A DNA stretch of 64,000 nucleotides from Camelus dromedarius (GCF_036321535.1 NC_087454.1:29388001-29452000); one strand, 5' to 3'. Shown: positions 25,871-43,880, counted from the stretch's first letter. The notes: a model not told the origin generated them from the letters alone. Numbers and translations: made by a program.

Positions 25871-26786
25871 TGTTCACACTTCATTGCTTCTCTGGGGCTG
25901 TTCTTCTAGGGTAGGAAGATGGTTCGATGAAAGCTGGTTTCAATGTCTCCTCTTCTGTCCTCTGTTAGAACTTTCTCACATCTAGCTCCAATCCTTTCCA
26001 TTTCACCCTATTCCATCCCTGTTCAGCTGCATCTGGCCTCTGAAGTCTGGTTCCTGCCTTAACCCTTTACCATCCAACTGGGAATAAGGCTCTTCCCTAG
26101 GGATCCAAGACTCAATTTTCTCTCCCCACCCTCACCCCCAGGAACTTCCAGGAACCAAAAATGGGGAGGGATGTTGGTTGAACCGCTGGCGCCCCCTCCA
26201 CGGAGTATAGACGAAGAGGAGTTTCCGCTTAGATCTTCCTAGGATGGTGGGGATGTGTGAGGTGAGCAGGGCTAGGAGTGGGGAAGGGGTGCAGGGAGCC
26301 CCTGTTGCTTTTCCCCTTTGGGGTGGCTGTTAGGTAGGCTTGGGGAAGGCGGAGTTTGGGGGGCCGGGGGCGGGGCTCCTGNNNNNNNNNNNNNNNNNNN
26401 NNNNNNNNNNNNNNNNNNNNNNNNNNNNNNNNNNNNNNNNNNNNNNNNNNNNNNNNNNNNNNNNNNNNNNNNNNNNNNNNNNNNNNNNNNNNNNNNNNNN
26501 NNNNNNNNNNNNNNNNNNNNNCCCCAAGCCCGCCTCCCTATCCCCAGCCCCTAACCCCTTACCCGGTGCCCTTTCCAGGCCCCCTCCCCCCGGCGGGGGG
26601 TGGGGAGCAGCGAGGGCCCCGCCCCCTCCCTCCCCTNNNNNNNNNNNNNNNNNNNNNNNNNNNNNNNNNNNNNNNNNNNNNNNNNNNNNNNNNNNNNNNN
26701 NNNNNNNNNNNNNNNNNNNNNNNNNNNNNNNNNNNNNNNNNNNNNNNNNNNNNNNNNNNNNNNNNNNNNNNNNNNNNNNNNNNNNN

Positions 26787-31786
<5,000 letters not shown>

Positions 31787-33978
31787 CCCCGGGCCCCTGG
31801 ACCCGCCCGCCGGCCTCCTCCCTGCCCCTCGCCGGACTGGGCTCCCTGCGTGTAGCAGAGGTAGTCACGATGGTGGTGGCCGAGGCTGTGCTGGGCACGG
31901 CGTGGGTAGGGTGGGGGGAGGCAAGGGGTCGCGGGACATACGCCAAAGCGGCCGATCCCTGTCACCCTTCCCGCCTTCCCTGTACATAGACAGATGGGAG
32001 GAGGGGGTGAGAGAATCCCACCCGGGCAGAGTCATCTCTTCCAGCCCCGCCCCTGAGCTCCTAGGGGGACACCTCCCCTTTCTACATGCACACCCGAGAT
32101 TTCCCGTCCCGTCTTTCAACGGATCTTCTGACTGTTACGTGGCAACTGTGCCGCGGGACCGGCGTTGGGTCCAGTCTCAAGGGAGAGGCCCTCGCTGTAC
32201 AGCAGCTGGGGAGGTTGAGGCCGGGGGAAGGGCAACTGGGGCTTTCCTTCCTTGGTAGCCTGGCCCCTCTGGGACCTCTCTCTACTGAGGGGGCAGCGGT
32301 TAGCAGGGCTGGCTTCCAACAAGCTAATGAATTCAGTGGGTCTGAGGCCAGGGCCAGGCGTCAGCCGCCACACTCCATCTCAAAGCAGTGGAAATGCTGC
32401 TCTCCTCTTCTTGGCGCTGGCCCCGAAGAGGATCGGGGTTTCCTTTCTGCCGCTCCCTCCACTGTTGTTTATCTCACTGGGCCCAGGGAGGCTGGGTCCC
32501 TGTAGGGACTGTGCTCACCACGAAGACGTCACTCCCCTCCCTCCCCTCCTGCTCCCCGGCTCTAAGAGATGTTGCCAGGGGCGAGAGGGGAGGCACACTG
32601 TGGAAGGCAGTACACCTCAGTCCTTCCTCCACACTGCAGCCTCCTCACCTGGGTTCTGAGAGGGCACTCCCTTCAGAGAGAGTGAGATACAGCCCCGGCA
32701 GGCTGCATTCCTTCAAGCTGGCCAAGGTGAATGAGTAAGTGGGAGACAAACTTGGGTGACAACAGGGAACTCTGGAAGTAGGTGGGAGTCAAAGAGGAGG
32801 GGGCAGTGAAAAGACTCCCGAAGGCAGGGGTGTCATGGGGCCTGACCTTGCCTCCCCCATACTTGTGGGGAGAAGTGGAGAGTGGCTGACCCCATACAGA
32901 TCCTTTGCAGGGCTGAGGACCTTGTCACGAGCCCCAGCTGGAGAAAGACTCAATTCCAGTGGCAGGGTCAGAGGCAGGAATTCTCGAAATCTTGCCCGAC
33001 CCCCTTGTCCTCCCCTAGCCCATGAACTGAAGCCCTGCTGTGTGTCCCAGGGTCTTCAAAGGGGCGTACTGCCACCACCCCAGGGTGCTGGCCCCACGTG
33101 CTGTCCTTCCACCACTCCTACCCTGATGTGCTTCCGCGTGCATGTCTGTGTACGATCCCCCTGGACTCCAACTCCCCTGGCTAAAGTTTTTCCAGCCAAC
33201 TTAGCATCCAGGGATTGAGTTTGCATTTCCAGCTGGAGAGGATAACCCTCTGGCCTCAACATTGCTTGCCCCATGCTTCTCACTTTGCCTGAACCATCAA
33301 AACTGCTCCTTCCCCACCTCAGCCTGTCCCCTCTTCCTCCAGCATAGCCGGGCCAGCACCCCCAAGGGCGTGGCCTCCACCTATGCAACATCTCCTCTGG
33401 CCCCCTTTCCCTCCTTTCCTGGGGGACTTGGAGGGCACAGATTGTGGGGACACCACGGCCCGTGACCCATCAGGGCTGAGGTTAACTTTGATGAGGAGAT
33501 GGCTGAGTGGGAAGGGAGAGGAGGCTGGACAAGGGGAGGCCTGGGCAGAGGGAGACAGCTGCCCATTAGGTTTCCCTGGGCAGCAGTGCCCATCTGCCTG
33601 CCAGCACTGGACTCTCAGGGGGCCTGGCGGTTGGAGCAACCCCTCTTTCCTCTGAACCGACATCTGTGAGGGACAGGTGGCGAGCTGTGGCCTCGGGCCC
33701 CAGTTCCTGGCCAGCTGGCACCTGAATGTCACACTCTTGTGTGGGGCAGCCTGACCAGACCACCTCACAGCTTCAAGGGGGGGAGAAACTCCGCCCCTCC
33801 TGCCTCAGGCCTGTTCCTGAGACAGAGCCAGAGCTGGGAGGAGGGGACCGGGAGGGGCTGTTATTATTTTTGCCTGTACTGACCATTTCTGCCTAGTGTT
33901 CTCACACAGACAGCCTCACTTCCCACACACGCACAGACTTAGAGAGAAACCAATTCTTTGGTCTATTTTCTTGGTAGC

Positions 33979-33984
33979 TTTATT
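33979..33984 (-). terminator. TCTE1: TCTE1 polyadenylation signal (AATAAA on minus)
   Basis: Plus-strand TTTATT about 1.36 kb downstream of the TCTE1 stop codon. It is the first canonical minus-strand hexamer I found after the stop. Confidence 0.65.
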
Positions 33985-34641
33985 GATTGCCAGGGAAAAC
34001 GAAAACCAGAAAATTAATTAATCTCTAAAATTAAACTTTACACTGAATGTTCTTGTTTCTCTAATTAGAACCTCTGCTAGCAGCTGTGGCTATGTACACT
34101 CACACACTCACAAACACCCTCACACCTACATGTTTGCACTCTGGAACTGTCAGAGGGTGTCAGGCACAGACAGACTCTAGGTTGCCCGGTCAGGCACACA
34201 CGTGCAGTCACTCCCAAGCCCCCTCTGGTGCTCTGCTCAGCGCCTGCTTGTTGGAAGGAGTCCCTAGAAAGTGGGCACCCCGAGGCTGTGGTGGTGGCAG
34301 CCCATGACCCACCCTTTGGAAACATGAGGCTGGAGGTTCTGAGCCCCTCTGCCTGGGGAGGATGGGGGATGGGGTTCAGCCTGAATCCATCCTCAGTTCC
34401 TCTGTTGGCCCCATAGGTAGATGTGATTCCTGTGGGTGTGGCCCCAGGGTAGGCAGCCACAGAGTGCCTGGGACTCATGGAGGGCACCAGGAAGGTTCCA
34501 TGTGTCCTGGGGACAAGGGCTTGTGGGTGGGCTGGGCCTGGCTGAGGAGAAGACAGGTCTCTGTCAACTGGGTGCATCACACTGTGGCCTTTCTGTCGTG
34601 GATTTCCAAGCGCAAAGATTGTATAAATCAAACTGGTGGAT

Positions 34642-34647
34642 AATAAA
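34642..34647 (+). terminator. TMEM151B: TMEM151B polyadenylation signal (AATAAA)
   Basis: First canonical AATAAA I found on plus after the TMEM151B stop codon. A variant ATTAAA lies at 34030-34035. Confidence 0.6.
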
Positions 34648-35340
34648 GTTGCGGATGACTCACTGACTTCCATTCCCCATGTGGCACCTCCCTCACCATC
34701 TCCCCTTTCTGTGAGCAGCTCTCTCAGGAGGCCACTGGGTCTGAGCTCCCCCTGTCACCTCTGTTTCCCCCTTCCCATGTTGGGGGGGATGGGTTACAGG
34801 ATGGCATGGCCTGTAGACCCAGATGACTTCAGCGGAGTCAAGTAACAGGGAGGGGCATCTGCAGGGGTGAGCGTGGAAAAGTCAGGCAAAGCTCTGTTGC
34901 AGCTGGAGGAGGGAGAAGGTGAGAGAGAGTGAGTGTGTTTGAAGGTCAAGAGGTTAAGGATCTGTTTGGTAGAGAGGAAAATGCAGGGGTGAGGGGTGAT
35001 CAGGGAGACGGACAGTCCCTGTGGGAGAGTCTGGGCAGGCACAGTCCCTTAGAGGCTGCTTTGCCTTCCGTATTCCTGGAAGATGCCATTGCAGTAGGTC
35101 TGTAATACCCTCTCCCTGGGTACTGGAGCTGAGTCCCATTTCAAACCCCTATCCCAGACCCCCCCCCTCACACCTTTATCTGCACAACCCCTTGATCACT
35201 CATCCCAAGGATACTCTTAGTCTCCTCACCACCCCCTGGACCAGTGTGAGACTGCAGCCGGCACGGCAGGGGCATGAAATGAGGGATGGGGCTGGGGCAG
35301 GGAAGCATATCTGGTCACTGCTCCAGCCCTGGCCCCCATT

Positions 35341-38300
35341 TTATCCCCCAGGGTTCTCAGGGCCCTTGGCAGTGATTGGTGACATGAAGTGGGTGGGATT
35401 CAGGGCCCGCTGGCGGGCTGCTTCACGGTTGGCACAGAGGGCCTGGCTGATGAGATACTCGCTCTCCTGGGCAATATCTGACAGGCGCAGATCAAACTCC
35501 AGGAGGGTCTTGTTGTCTGACATGCCTTCCAGGAGCTGCTTCCCGCCATCCTGGGTCAGGAATACAAGGGAAAGGGTCACTTTCCATCACTACCCAGAGT
35601 CGCACAATGGGTGAGTGTATAAACACATACACATATTTATATACAGATGTGACTGAAACAACAGGTTCACAAAACAATCCTTAACCCACTTGCACAGCAC
35701 TGACATTTTCTATCCTATTCTATCCTGTTCCATTCTGTTCCCTGAGAAAAATGGTGCTCAAAACTCACTAAACTGATTTTTCAGCTCCAATGGTTAGAAA
35801 ACCACTGCACTACAGCAGTGATGGTGATTCTATTTCTCCAGTTCAGCTGTGGCAAGTGGGACCAATGTGGCTCATGAGACATGAGGAGGATGTTTGGACA
35901 AAGTGGCTTCTGGGAAGGTTCTCCTCATTCTGAAAAGAGAACAAAAGAGAGGGATGCTCTCCCTTTCTCTGCCTCTGGGCGCGGCCCTAACCGATGAAGG
36001 GAGCAGCAGAGAGGACGTGGCCATGTGGCTGGGCAGGCAGAGCAGAGGATGGCACTGAGCCACGGAATTCACCAACCCCAGAACCTTCTTTCCTGGGGCT
36101 TCTGATTAGGGACATAATGAATACTCTTCTTGCTTAAGCCACTTCCTTGTTAAGTGTTCATTAGTTGTAGCTGAGAACACCCCCTTCAGAGATAGTGTAT
36201 GTGAGTAAGCCTGTTTTCTGGGGAGTTTAGTAGAAGGTTGAGGGCCCCAAGTAGAGTACATGGAGTGCCCTCCTCACGAGTCCTCACAGCTCCAGTCCCT
36301 TCTGGGTTGGGTGGGCCAGGCCTAATGTGAAAAATTTCATGTCAGGAGGCAGAATGCTGCTGTTCTATGGTTGTCACCTAATAGCATGTTGTAAACTCAA
36401 TTTAATGGGTCATAGAAGCATTTTTTAAAAAATGAAATAGTGTATATTATAAAAGAAAACATCAGCTATATCACAAGCAGTACAAGTATATTTCAATTAT
36501 GTTATAAATATTGATGTATATGTTCACTAAGTGTTCATGTAAATTGCTTTTCTTACTCTGAGACTTGGTCAAGAAAATATGAGAGACATTATCTATCTAG
36601 GACCCAGGCTTTCAAATCAGTCCTGGGCTTGAATCATAGCTCTGCCACTTTCTACTGACTGGATGCTTTCAGGCAACTCACTAACCTCTATGAGACTCAA
36701 TTTTTCATCCAAAGTGGGGTTAAGAATACATATTTTAACCCACATACCTATGGTCAATTAATCTTCAACAAAGGAGTCAAGAATATACAATGGAGAAAAG
36801 ACGGTCTCTTTGGCAAGTGGTGATGGAAAAGCCACATGTAAATTAATGAAATTAGAACACTCCCTCACACCATACACAAAAAAAACCCTCAAAATGGCTT
36901 AAAGACTTAAACATTAGACAGGATACCATAAATCTCCTAGAAGAATATATAGGCAAAACATTCTCTGACATAAATCGTAGCAATCTTCTCCTAGGTCACT
37001 CTNNNNNNNNNNNNNNNNNNNNNNNNNNNNNNNNNNNNNNNNNNNNNNNNNNNNNNNNNNNNNNNNNNNNNNNNNNNNNNNNNNNNNNNNNNNNNNNNNN
37101 NNNNNNNNNNNNNNNNNNNNNNNNNNNNNNNNNNNNNNNNNNNNNNNNNGGCTTAATTTCCAGAATATATAAACAGTTCATACAGCTCAACAACAAAAAA
37201 ACAAACAACCCAATAAACGAAACTGAGCAGAAGACCTAAACAGACATTTCTCTAATGAAGACATACAGGTGGCCAACAGGCATATGAAAAAATGCTCAGT
37301 ATCACTAATTATTAGAGAAATGCAAATCAAAACTACCATGAGGTATCACCTCACATCAGTCATAATGGCCATCATTAAAAAGTCCACAAATGATAAATTC
37401 CAGAGAAGGTGTGGAGAAAAGGGAACCCTCCTACACTGTTGGTGGGAATGTAATTTGGTGCAGCCACTATGGAAAACAGTTGGAGAGCCATTAAAAAACT
37501 AAAAATAGAGTTACCCAGTAATCCCACTCCTAGGTATATATCTGGAGAAAACTCTAATTTGAAAAGGTACAGGCACCCCAATTTTCACAGCAGCACTATT
37601 TACAATAGCCAAGACATGGAAGCACCCTAATTGTCCATCAACAGATGACAGGATAAAGAAGATGTGATTTTATACACACACACACAATGGAATACTACTC
37701 AGCCATAAAAAGAATGAAATAATGTCATTTACAGCAACATGGATGGACCTAGAGATTATCATACTAAGTGAAGTAAGTCAGACAGAGAAAGACAAACATC
37801 ATATGTTATCACTTATATTTTGAATCTTAAAAGATGGCACAAATGAACTTATTTACAAAATAGAAACAGACTCACAGATATAGAAAACAAATAGTTATGG
37901 TTACCAAAGGGGAAAGGGCAGGGAGGGATAAATTAGGAGTTTGGGATTTGCAGATACTACTACTATGTACAAAACAGATAAACAACAAGTTCCTACTGTA
38001 TAGCACAGGGAACTATATTCAATATCTTGTAATCTATAATGAAAAACATATGAACAAGAATACATGTACAACTGAAGCACTAGGCTGTACACCAGAAACT
38101 AAGACAACATTGAAAATCAACCATACTTCAGTTAAAAAAAATACACATTTTACTAGATAACCATGAGGGTTAAAGAAAAACTAATTGATACTGGGCAGCT
38201 AGCATAGAATACAACCCTGAGTGATGGTAACTAGCAATCACCGAGGACCTACCAGTACCTGCAATGGTAAACTGCTTTGCAAGTATAACTCATTTAATCC

Positions 38301-41300
38301 TCCCAGTGACAGCACTTAGAAGTAGATGCTATTATAATCTCCAGTTTACAGAAGAGGAGGAGGGGGCAGGAAATGGAGGTCCGCAAAAGTTAAGTAACTT
38401 AACCAAGGGCTAAAAGGCAGAAAACCAGGTAAGAACCGAGTAAAGACTGTAATCCTAACAATTGTCCCCTAAGCACCCGGCTGCAGCTGGATTCCACGCC
38501 TGCCCCGCAGGCCCCAAGGCCTCCCCTAGACCCTGCCAGCCCCAGAAGCCGTGGCTCACCAGTCCAATGTGGTTGCAGGACAGGTTGATGCTGGTGAGCG
38601 TGGTGTTGATGGAGAGCACCTGGGAGAGGAGCGTGGCGGTGGGCTCGGACAGCTCGTTGCCCCCGAGGTGCAGCGTGGTGAGGCACTTGTTGGTCTGCAA
38701 GGCGTGCGTGAGCGCCTGGCCGCCCTCATCCTCCACGCAGTTGAGGCGCAGGTTGAGGGAAATGAGGTTGGTGTTGTGCGCCAGGGCGTGAGCCAGCGAC
38801 TGGGCGCCCAGCGCGCGCACCTGGTTGTTGGCGAGGTTGAGCACGCGCAAGCGGCTGTGGCTCAGCAGCTTGGCGGCGGCGCGCGCGCCACGGTCCCCGA
38901 TGAGGTTGTGCGACAGGTCCAGCTCCTCCAGGGCCGGGTGGTCCAGGAGGCTGCGAATCAGGATGCGTGCCTTGTCGTCGTCCACCTTGCTTCGGGTCAG
39001 CCTGAAGATCTGTGGGCAGGTAGAGGGTCGGTGGATAGCACCGGGTAGACGGTAGAGGAAGGAGCCCCAGGGACGTCTGAGGTTCTGCTCACCTACTGTT
39101 GGCCACCTGGCTGGCTCTTGGGCAGGGGCCTACTCAGCATGACAGTGGTGCAGAATTGGTAGCAGCTAGTAAGGGGGAAAGAATACCACTTATGGAGAAA
39201 TGACTATGTGCTGGGCATACTGCTGGAACATTCCATAGCCATTATCTCTAACTCTCAGCATCCCAGTGAGGCAGAATGAGTTCTCTCCGTTTTACAGTGG
39301 AAAATGGCAGCTTTGAGTGGATACATCATTTGCCCAGAGTCACACAGTGATTAAGCTGTGGAGGTCGGTTTTGAATCCAGGTCTGTTTGATGCTCCAGCC
39401 CCTCACTGCACCCTCCTCAGCTGGCTAAGATCCACCATGACCAGGAGAAGTCTCTGAAGGACAGTGCCAGGGTAAGAACGGGAGAAAGTGAAAGGGCGAG
39501 GAACAGGAAATGGATGAGATGAACAAAAGAGATAAAAGAAGGGGGATGGAACTAGTATTATAAACATTGGCGGTGGGATCCCTGTCCCATTCCTTCTCAC
39601 TGGCTTATCCTGCTGCTGCCGCTTCCTTGGGACCTCTGAGTGGCCCCCCCACCCCCCCATCATTTAGTCCTCTCCTTTCTTGACGTCCCTCTTAGCCTTA
39701 GAATCTTTCGTTCCTCTTGTCTTTTCATTGCATCTATCTGGCAAAGCTCCAACCCTGCATCAACCCCACTCTCTAATTTCTGCCTGTCTGTGCCCAAACA
39801 AGTGACATGATGGAAAATGTCACATGACAGGACTGGCTGGTATCACCAATAGTCCCTCAGTCTGTGTGCCAATTCAACTCTGCTTCTCTGGACCATGTGC
39901 TCTCTCATAATCCAACAGCTATTTTAGCCTTCGCCAGCCCCTCACTTCAGGAACCCCCTCTAGAGCCTCCTTTCAGTAGGTAAATCTCATCTTGTCTCCC
40001 CAGCCATTGAGTAGGAACCCTTCTTTTTCCTAATCCCAAACATTAATCCACTGCTGCACACCACATCCACTCTCCCCTCTGCCTGGAGCCAACCACCCCA
40101 CTCAGTCCCAGATCCCATTCCTCTGCCTTCTCAGGAACCTCCCTGGGTCAGAGTATCCGTGCCTCTCTCCTGTACTCAACTCCTTTCATGCAGTTGGGTG
40201 GAGCTTTACATTGCTTTTAAATGCATGCAAGTTTCTTAAGAAAACCCAAACCCCTCATCTATTATTGCTCTACCTTTCTCCTCCTTCTCAGCCAAATTCT
40301 TGAAAAAGATGATCACTGTCATTCCATTTCCTCACTTCTCACTCTCTCCATAAACCTCTCCAATCTGGCCTCTGGCACTCCAGAACTCCTGGCGTTCCAC
40401 TGACATAGCTCCCCTTCAGTGACCTCCGTATTTGCAAAATCTGGTCCTCAGCTCCATCCCACCCCACTGCTGCTCACCCCTCTTCTTGAAACACATCCCT
40501 CTCTTGGCTCTGTGACACAATGTCGTGTCCTCCTTTCCTTCCTCTGATTTCTTGGCAGGCTCTCCCTCTTCCAGCCAGAATATCTGGGACATACACTAAA
40601 AAAATATTCGTGTGTATCTGAAATTCAAATTTAACTGGACATTTTGTGTTTTTATTTGGTAAATCTGGCAACTCTATTCGAGTTGCAATTTTACATTTAT
40701 ATGATTGCTGATTAGTGTCTTTTATCCCCACCAGACTGTTAGCTGGAGGGCACAAATGGTATAATTTTGCTTGCAGTTCAATCTTCAGCACCTAGGAAAG
40801 GGCCTGGAGAGCAGATGTTTGTTGGATGAAGAAATGGCTGGTGAACAAGCAGGGCAGTGCTGTGTGCATCTCTCTATCCCCAGAACTCAGCTTGGTACAG
40901 GGTGCATAAAAGGACACTTGGTCAATGAGTGAGAAGGAAATAGGAAGAAGAGAATGGTGATAGAGGAGGAAGGGAAGGGGAGGGGGAATCAGATGCTGAG
41001 AATGGGAGGAGGGGGAAGGCTGGAGGCAGGTGGTACCTTGAGGGTGTGGCATGCCTTGACGGTGGCCGCCAGGGAGTGGCAGTCGCCGTAGGTGAAGAGG
41101 AAGAGGTTCCACTCGAAGTTCATCCCGCAGTCCTTGACACCGTACACGAGGTCCAGCTCTTCCAGATGGCTCAGGCCAGCCACTAGGTCGCCCAGTTGGT
41201 AGTGGTCGGTGGCCAGCTCCTCCATTTCTCCCTCGCTGCCGGAGTCGGACAGATCCCCGCTCTGGGGCGGCGGCAGGAGCTGCACTGGCGGAAGGAACTG

Positions 41301-42763
41301 ATCCACCCGGATGGTGCGCACGTAGTTCCTGCAGAGAGGCAGCAGGTTCAGGATCACCGCAGGGTCGGTGGTGCTTGGGATGAAGTGCTTCAGCAGGTTC
41401 TCCAGGTGCAGCTCGAAGAACATGCGCTTCCAGCTGCCGCCATGCTTGTCCACGTGGCACACTGGCCAGCGCTGCAGGCAGCAGCGGCGCCAGTAATTTT
41501 CGTCGTCGATCAGGTTGGCAGTCACAGTCAGCGGCAGGTCGGGGGGCAGGTTGTTCAGGACCTTCTTCTGATGTTCTGGGAGCAGCTGCTTCAGGATAGG
41601 GTTGTCTTGGGGCACAGAAAAAGGAAAGTAGGAGTCACAGTGTTGGGGGTGCCACACATGGTACCCTTGGCTGGAGGAGAGAGCCACCACCCCTGACTCT
41701 GGGGTGTTCCTGGTTGAAGGTGGACATCTTAGCATCGAGTCTCAGGAGGCTACCAGTCTGAGGAAGAATCTCAGGTTCAGCCCTCAGTTATTGCTTAATC
41801 TGGTGGAGGAGACAATCCCTGACTTCAGAAGCTCTCAATATGATTTGATTCATTCATTTCAAAACAAAAAGGGTTTTCTGGACACCTGCTCTGCACCACA
41901 CTCTGTCCTAAGTGCTGAGGATACAAGAGTGAACAAAACAGAGGAAGCCACTCCGTCTTATGAGGGGAGGCAAATAATAAACAAGTCAAATGAATATATT
42001 CTAGGTCTGGTGGTAACAGGTGCTGTAGACAAAATGATGGTCCTGTCCTCAGAGAGCTCCCCATCCAGTAGGAGAGGTTGGCAACCTTTTCTTTGAAAAG
42101 GATGGACATTTATAGAGGTTAGTGTACAGAATAATTGAAGAACCTGTACGCACCATGGAAGACCAAGAGAGTGAAGGGCAGTCAACCAGGGAGGGCTTTC
42201 TGGAGGAAGAGGTAGATATGATTTATCTACCCCAACTACCTGGGAAAGGTGAGGAGAGGGCATAGGCATAGAGGGCACAGTATGGGGGCAGTCTGGTGAG
42301 GTGGGGACAGCAGGAGAAACTGTCCTAGCTTGGCTTGGTGGGTGGGGCAAGAAGTGTTGAGTGGGGATGAGGATGCTATGTGAGAGGCCAGAACCCAGCC
42401 TCTGAGGACTCATCTCCAGACAGTCCCCACCCACCCTGCCCCACTTCTGGCCTGCTCTCTCTCGCCCCAGGCAGGGACAGACTTACTCTGGAAGTTCTTG
42501 ACAATGTGTTGAATGCAGAGTTCTGTGAGGAAGGGCACGATGGCCAGTGACCACTCGACATCCTCAGCGATGATCCTACGCATCCGACGTACCCCAGCCC
42601 TGGAACTCAGGCCCTTGGACTTCACAGGAGGTGGGATAGTTGAGGGCTTTGAGGGGGGTGGGCCTGTGCTGGAAGTTTGGCCGGCAGTGGAGGACCGGTC
42701 CTGTGTGGAAATTGAGGACTGGCTGGGGCCTGACAGTGAGGGTGTTGTCAGGGTTTCCTGCAT
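35341..42763 (-). CDS. TCTE1: Dynein regulatory complex subunit 5 (T-complex-associated testis-expressed 1), LRR protein, 501 aa
   Basis: complement join(42487-42763, 41037-41605, 38560-39009, 35341-35550) = 1506 nt. MQETLTTPS...[19 protein letters not shown]..., LRR repeats [12 protein letters not shown] / [11 protein letters not shown] / [11 protein letters not shown], ends ...KGPENPGG*. Confidence 0.97.
35826..36185. mobile_element. MaLR LTR (MLT1-type) fragment
   Basis: MLT1-like pattern 'ggaccaatgtggctcatgagacatgagg...gtggcttctgggaagg...cttgcttaagccact...gtagctgagaaca'. Subfamily and strand were not resolved. Confidence 0.55.
36738..38136 (+). mobile_element. 5'-truncated LINE-1 (about 1.4 kb) with 16-bp TSD, inserted into a MIR in the last TCTE1 intron
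   Basis: ORF2 C-terminal sequence ([29 protein letters not shown]...), 3' UTR and short poly(A). TSDs are aagaatacatatttta (36722-36737) and aaaaatacacatttta (38137-38152). There is an internal N-gap at 37003-37149. Confidence 0.92.
39170..39410 (-). mobile_element. MIR SINE
   Basis: 'gtgctgggcatactgc...attatctctaactctcagc...ccgttttacagtgg...tttgcccagagtcacacag...tttgaatccaggtctgtttgatgctccag'. Confidence 0.75.
39650..40960 (+). mobile_element. Fragmented LINE-2, interrupted by MER53
   Basis: Pyrimidine-rich L2 ORF2-like sequence ending in the L2 tail 'ccaccagactgttagc...cagcacctaggaaagggcctgg...gtttgttggatgaag'. Boundaries are approximate. Confidence 0.55.
40575..40676 (+). mobile_element. 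MER53-like DNA transposon (3' half)
   Basis: 'gggacatacactaaaaaaatattcgtgtgtatctgaaattcaaatttaactggacattttgtgtttttatttggtaaatctggcaactct' matches the recalled MER53 3' half. Confidence 0.75.
41840..42200 (-). mobile_element. LINE-2 3' fragment
   Basis: Starts with the reverse of the L2 tail 'attcattcatttcaa...cacctgctctgcaccacactctgtcctaagtgctgaggatacaag'. Confidence 0.6.
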
Positions 42764-43288
42764 GCTGAGGCCTGGCAACACAGAGACAGGTGGCCCCTTG
42801 GCAATGGACTTGTGACACGGACTTTTTCAGATAGGAGGGTCCTGGATGCCAGTAGAAACCTGGAGGAGGAGGTGGGTAGAGTTGTTACTTTGGAGGGTCT
42901 CGGTGAGCCTTTACCAAGACATGTAGCACAGGGTGGTTCTTAAGGGTCAGTTTCTGGATTAGAGCAGATTCAGGTGCAAATCCCACTAGCTGGGTGGCCC
43001 TGGACCAGTTACTAAAATTTTCTCAGTTTCAGATGCCTCCTCTGTGAAATGAGGATAACAGTCACCAATAAGAGGCTTGGGAGGAGTAAATAAAATAATG
43101 CATCCAAAGAGGCATAATATACTGTGATACATGAAACTGTAGCCAGCAGCAGCTCCACATTTTGGATAATAATAGCCTCACAGCAATTACAAGAAATTGC
43201 TGTATGCTGGACACTTTTTTTAGTTTTTTTATGCATATCAGCTCATTTGATCCTCACAAAAGCTTTTTTAAGATAGGCACTTATAGAA

Positions 43289-43435
43289 GGGAGGGTATAG
43301 CTCAGTGGTAGAGTGCATGCTTAGCATACAAGAGGTCCTGGATTCAATCCCCAGGACCTCTATTAAAAAATAAATAAAATTAAAAGAAGCAAACCTAATT
43401 ACCTCCCCCCACCAAAAAAATTACACAAAAAAGTT
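43289..43435 (+). mobile_element. Vic-1-like tRNA-derived SINE inserted into a MIR
   Basis: GGGAGGGTATAGCTCAGTGGTAGAGTGCATGCTTAGCATACAAGAGGTCCTGGATTCAATCCCCAGGACCTCTATTAAAAAATAAAT...AAACCTAATTACCTCCCCCC. Minus-strand MIR halves lie on both sides (about 43170-43288 and 43436-43560). Confidence 0.88.
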
Positions 43436-43661
43436 ACTCGTACTGTTTCCATTTTTCTGATGTGAAACTGAAGCACAGAGAGGTTAACTGACTTGCCCAA
43501 TGTCACACAGCTTATAAATAACAAAGATGGATTTAAACTCAGTTTATCAAGTTTGGCTAAAAGACTAAGGGATGATAAAGAATCATTTAGTTCAACACAG
43601 CTCCCTGCACTAAGTGTTTTACAGAACAGCAACTGCTTGACTAGGAAGATGGGGTCAAGAA

Positions 43662-43880
43662 CAGCACTGGCCAACAGAAGTATAATGCCTGGCAAAATGC
43701 AAGCCACATATACTATTTAAAAATTTCTCATACCCACATTAAAAAAGAGAAAACAGGTGAAATTAATTTTATGTTTAACTCAATGTCCAAAATATCATTT
43801 AAATATGTAATTAATATTAAAATTATTAATGACATATTATATACACAAATATTTATACTAAGCCTTCAAAATCTGATGGG
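43662..43880 (+). mobile_element. MER33-like hAT-Charlie DNA transposon (partial)
   Basis: 'cagcactggccaacagaagtataatg...gccacatatactatttaaaaatttctc...cacattaaaaaagagaaaacaggtgaaattaatttt'. Confidence 0.8.
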
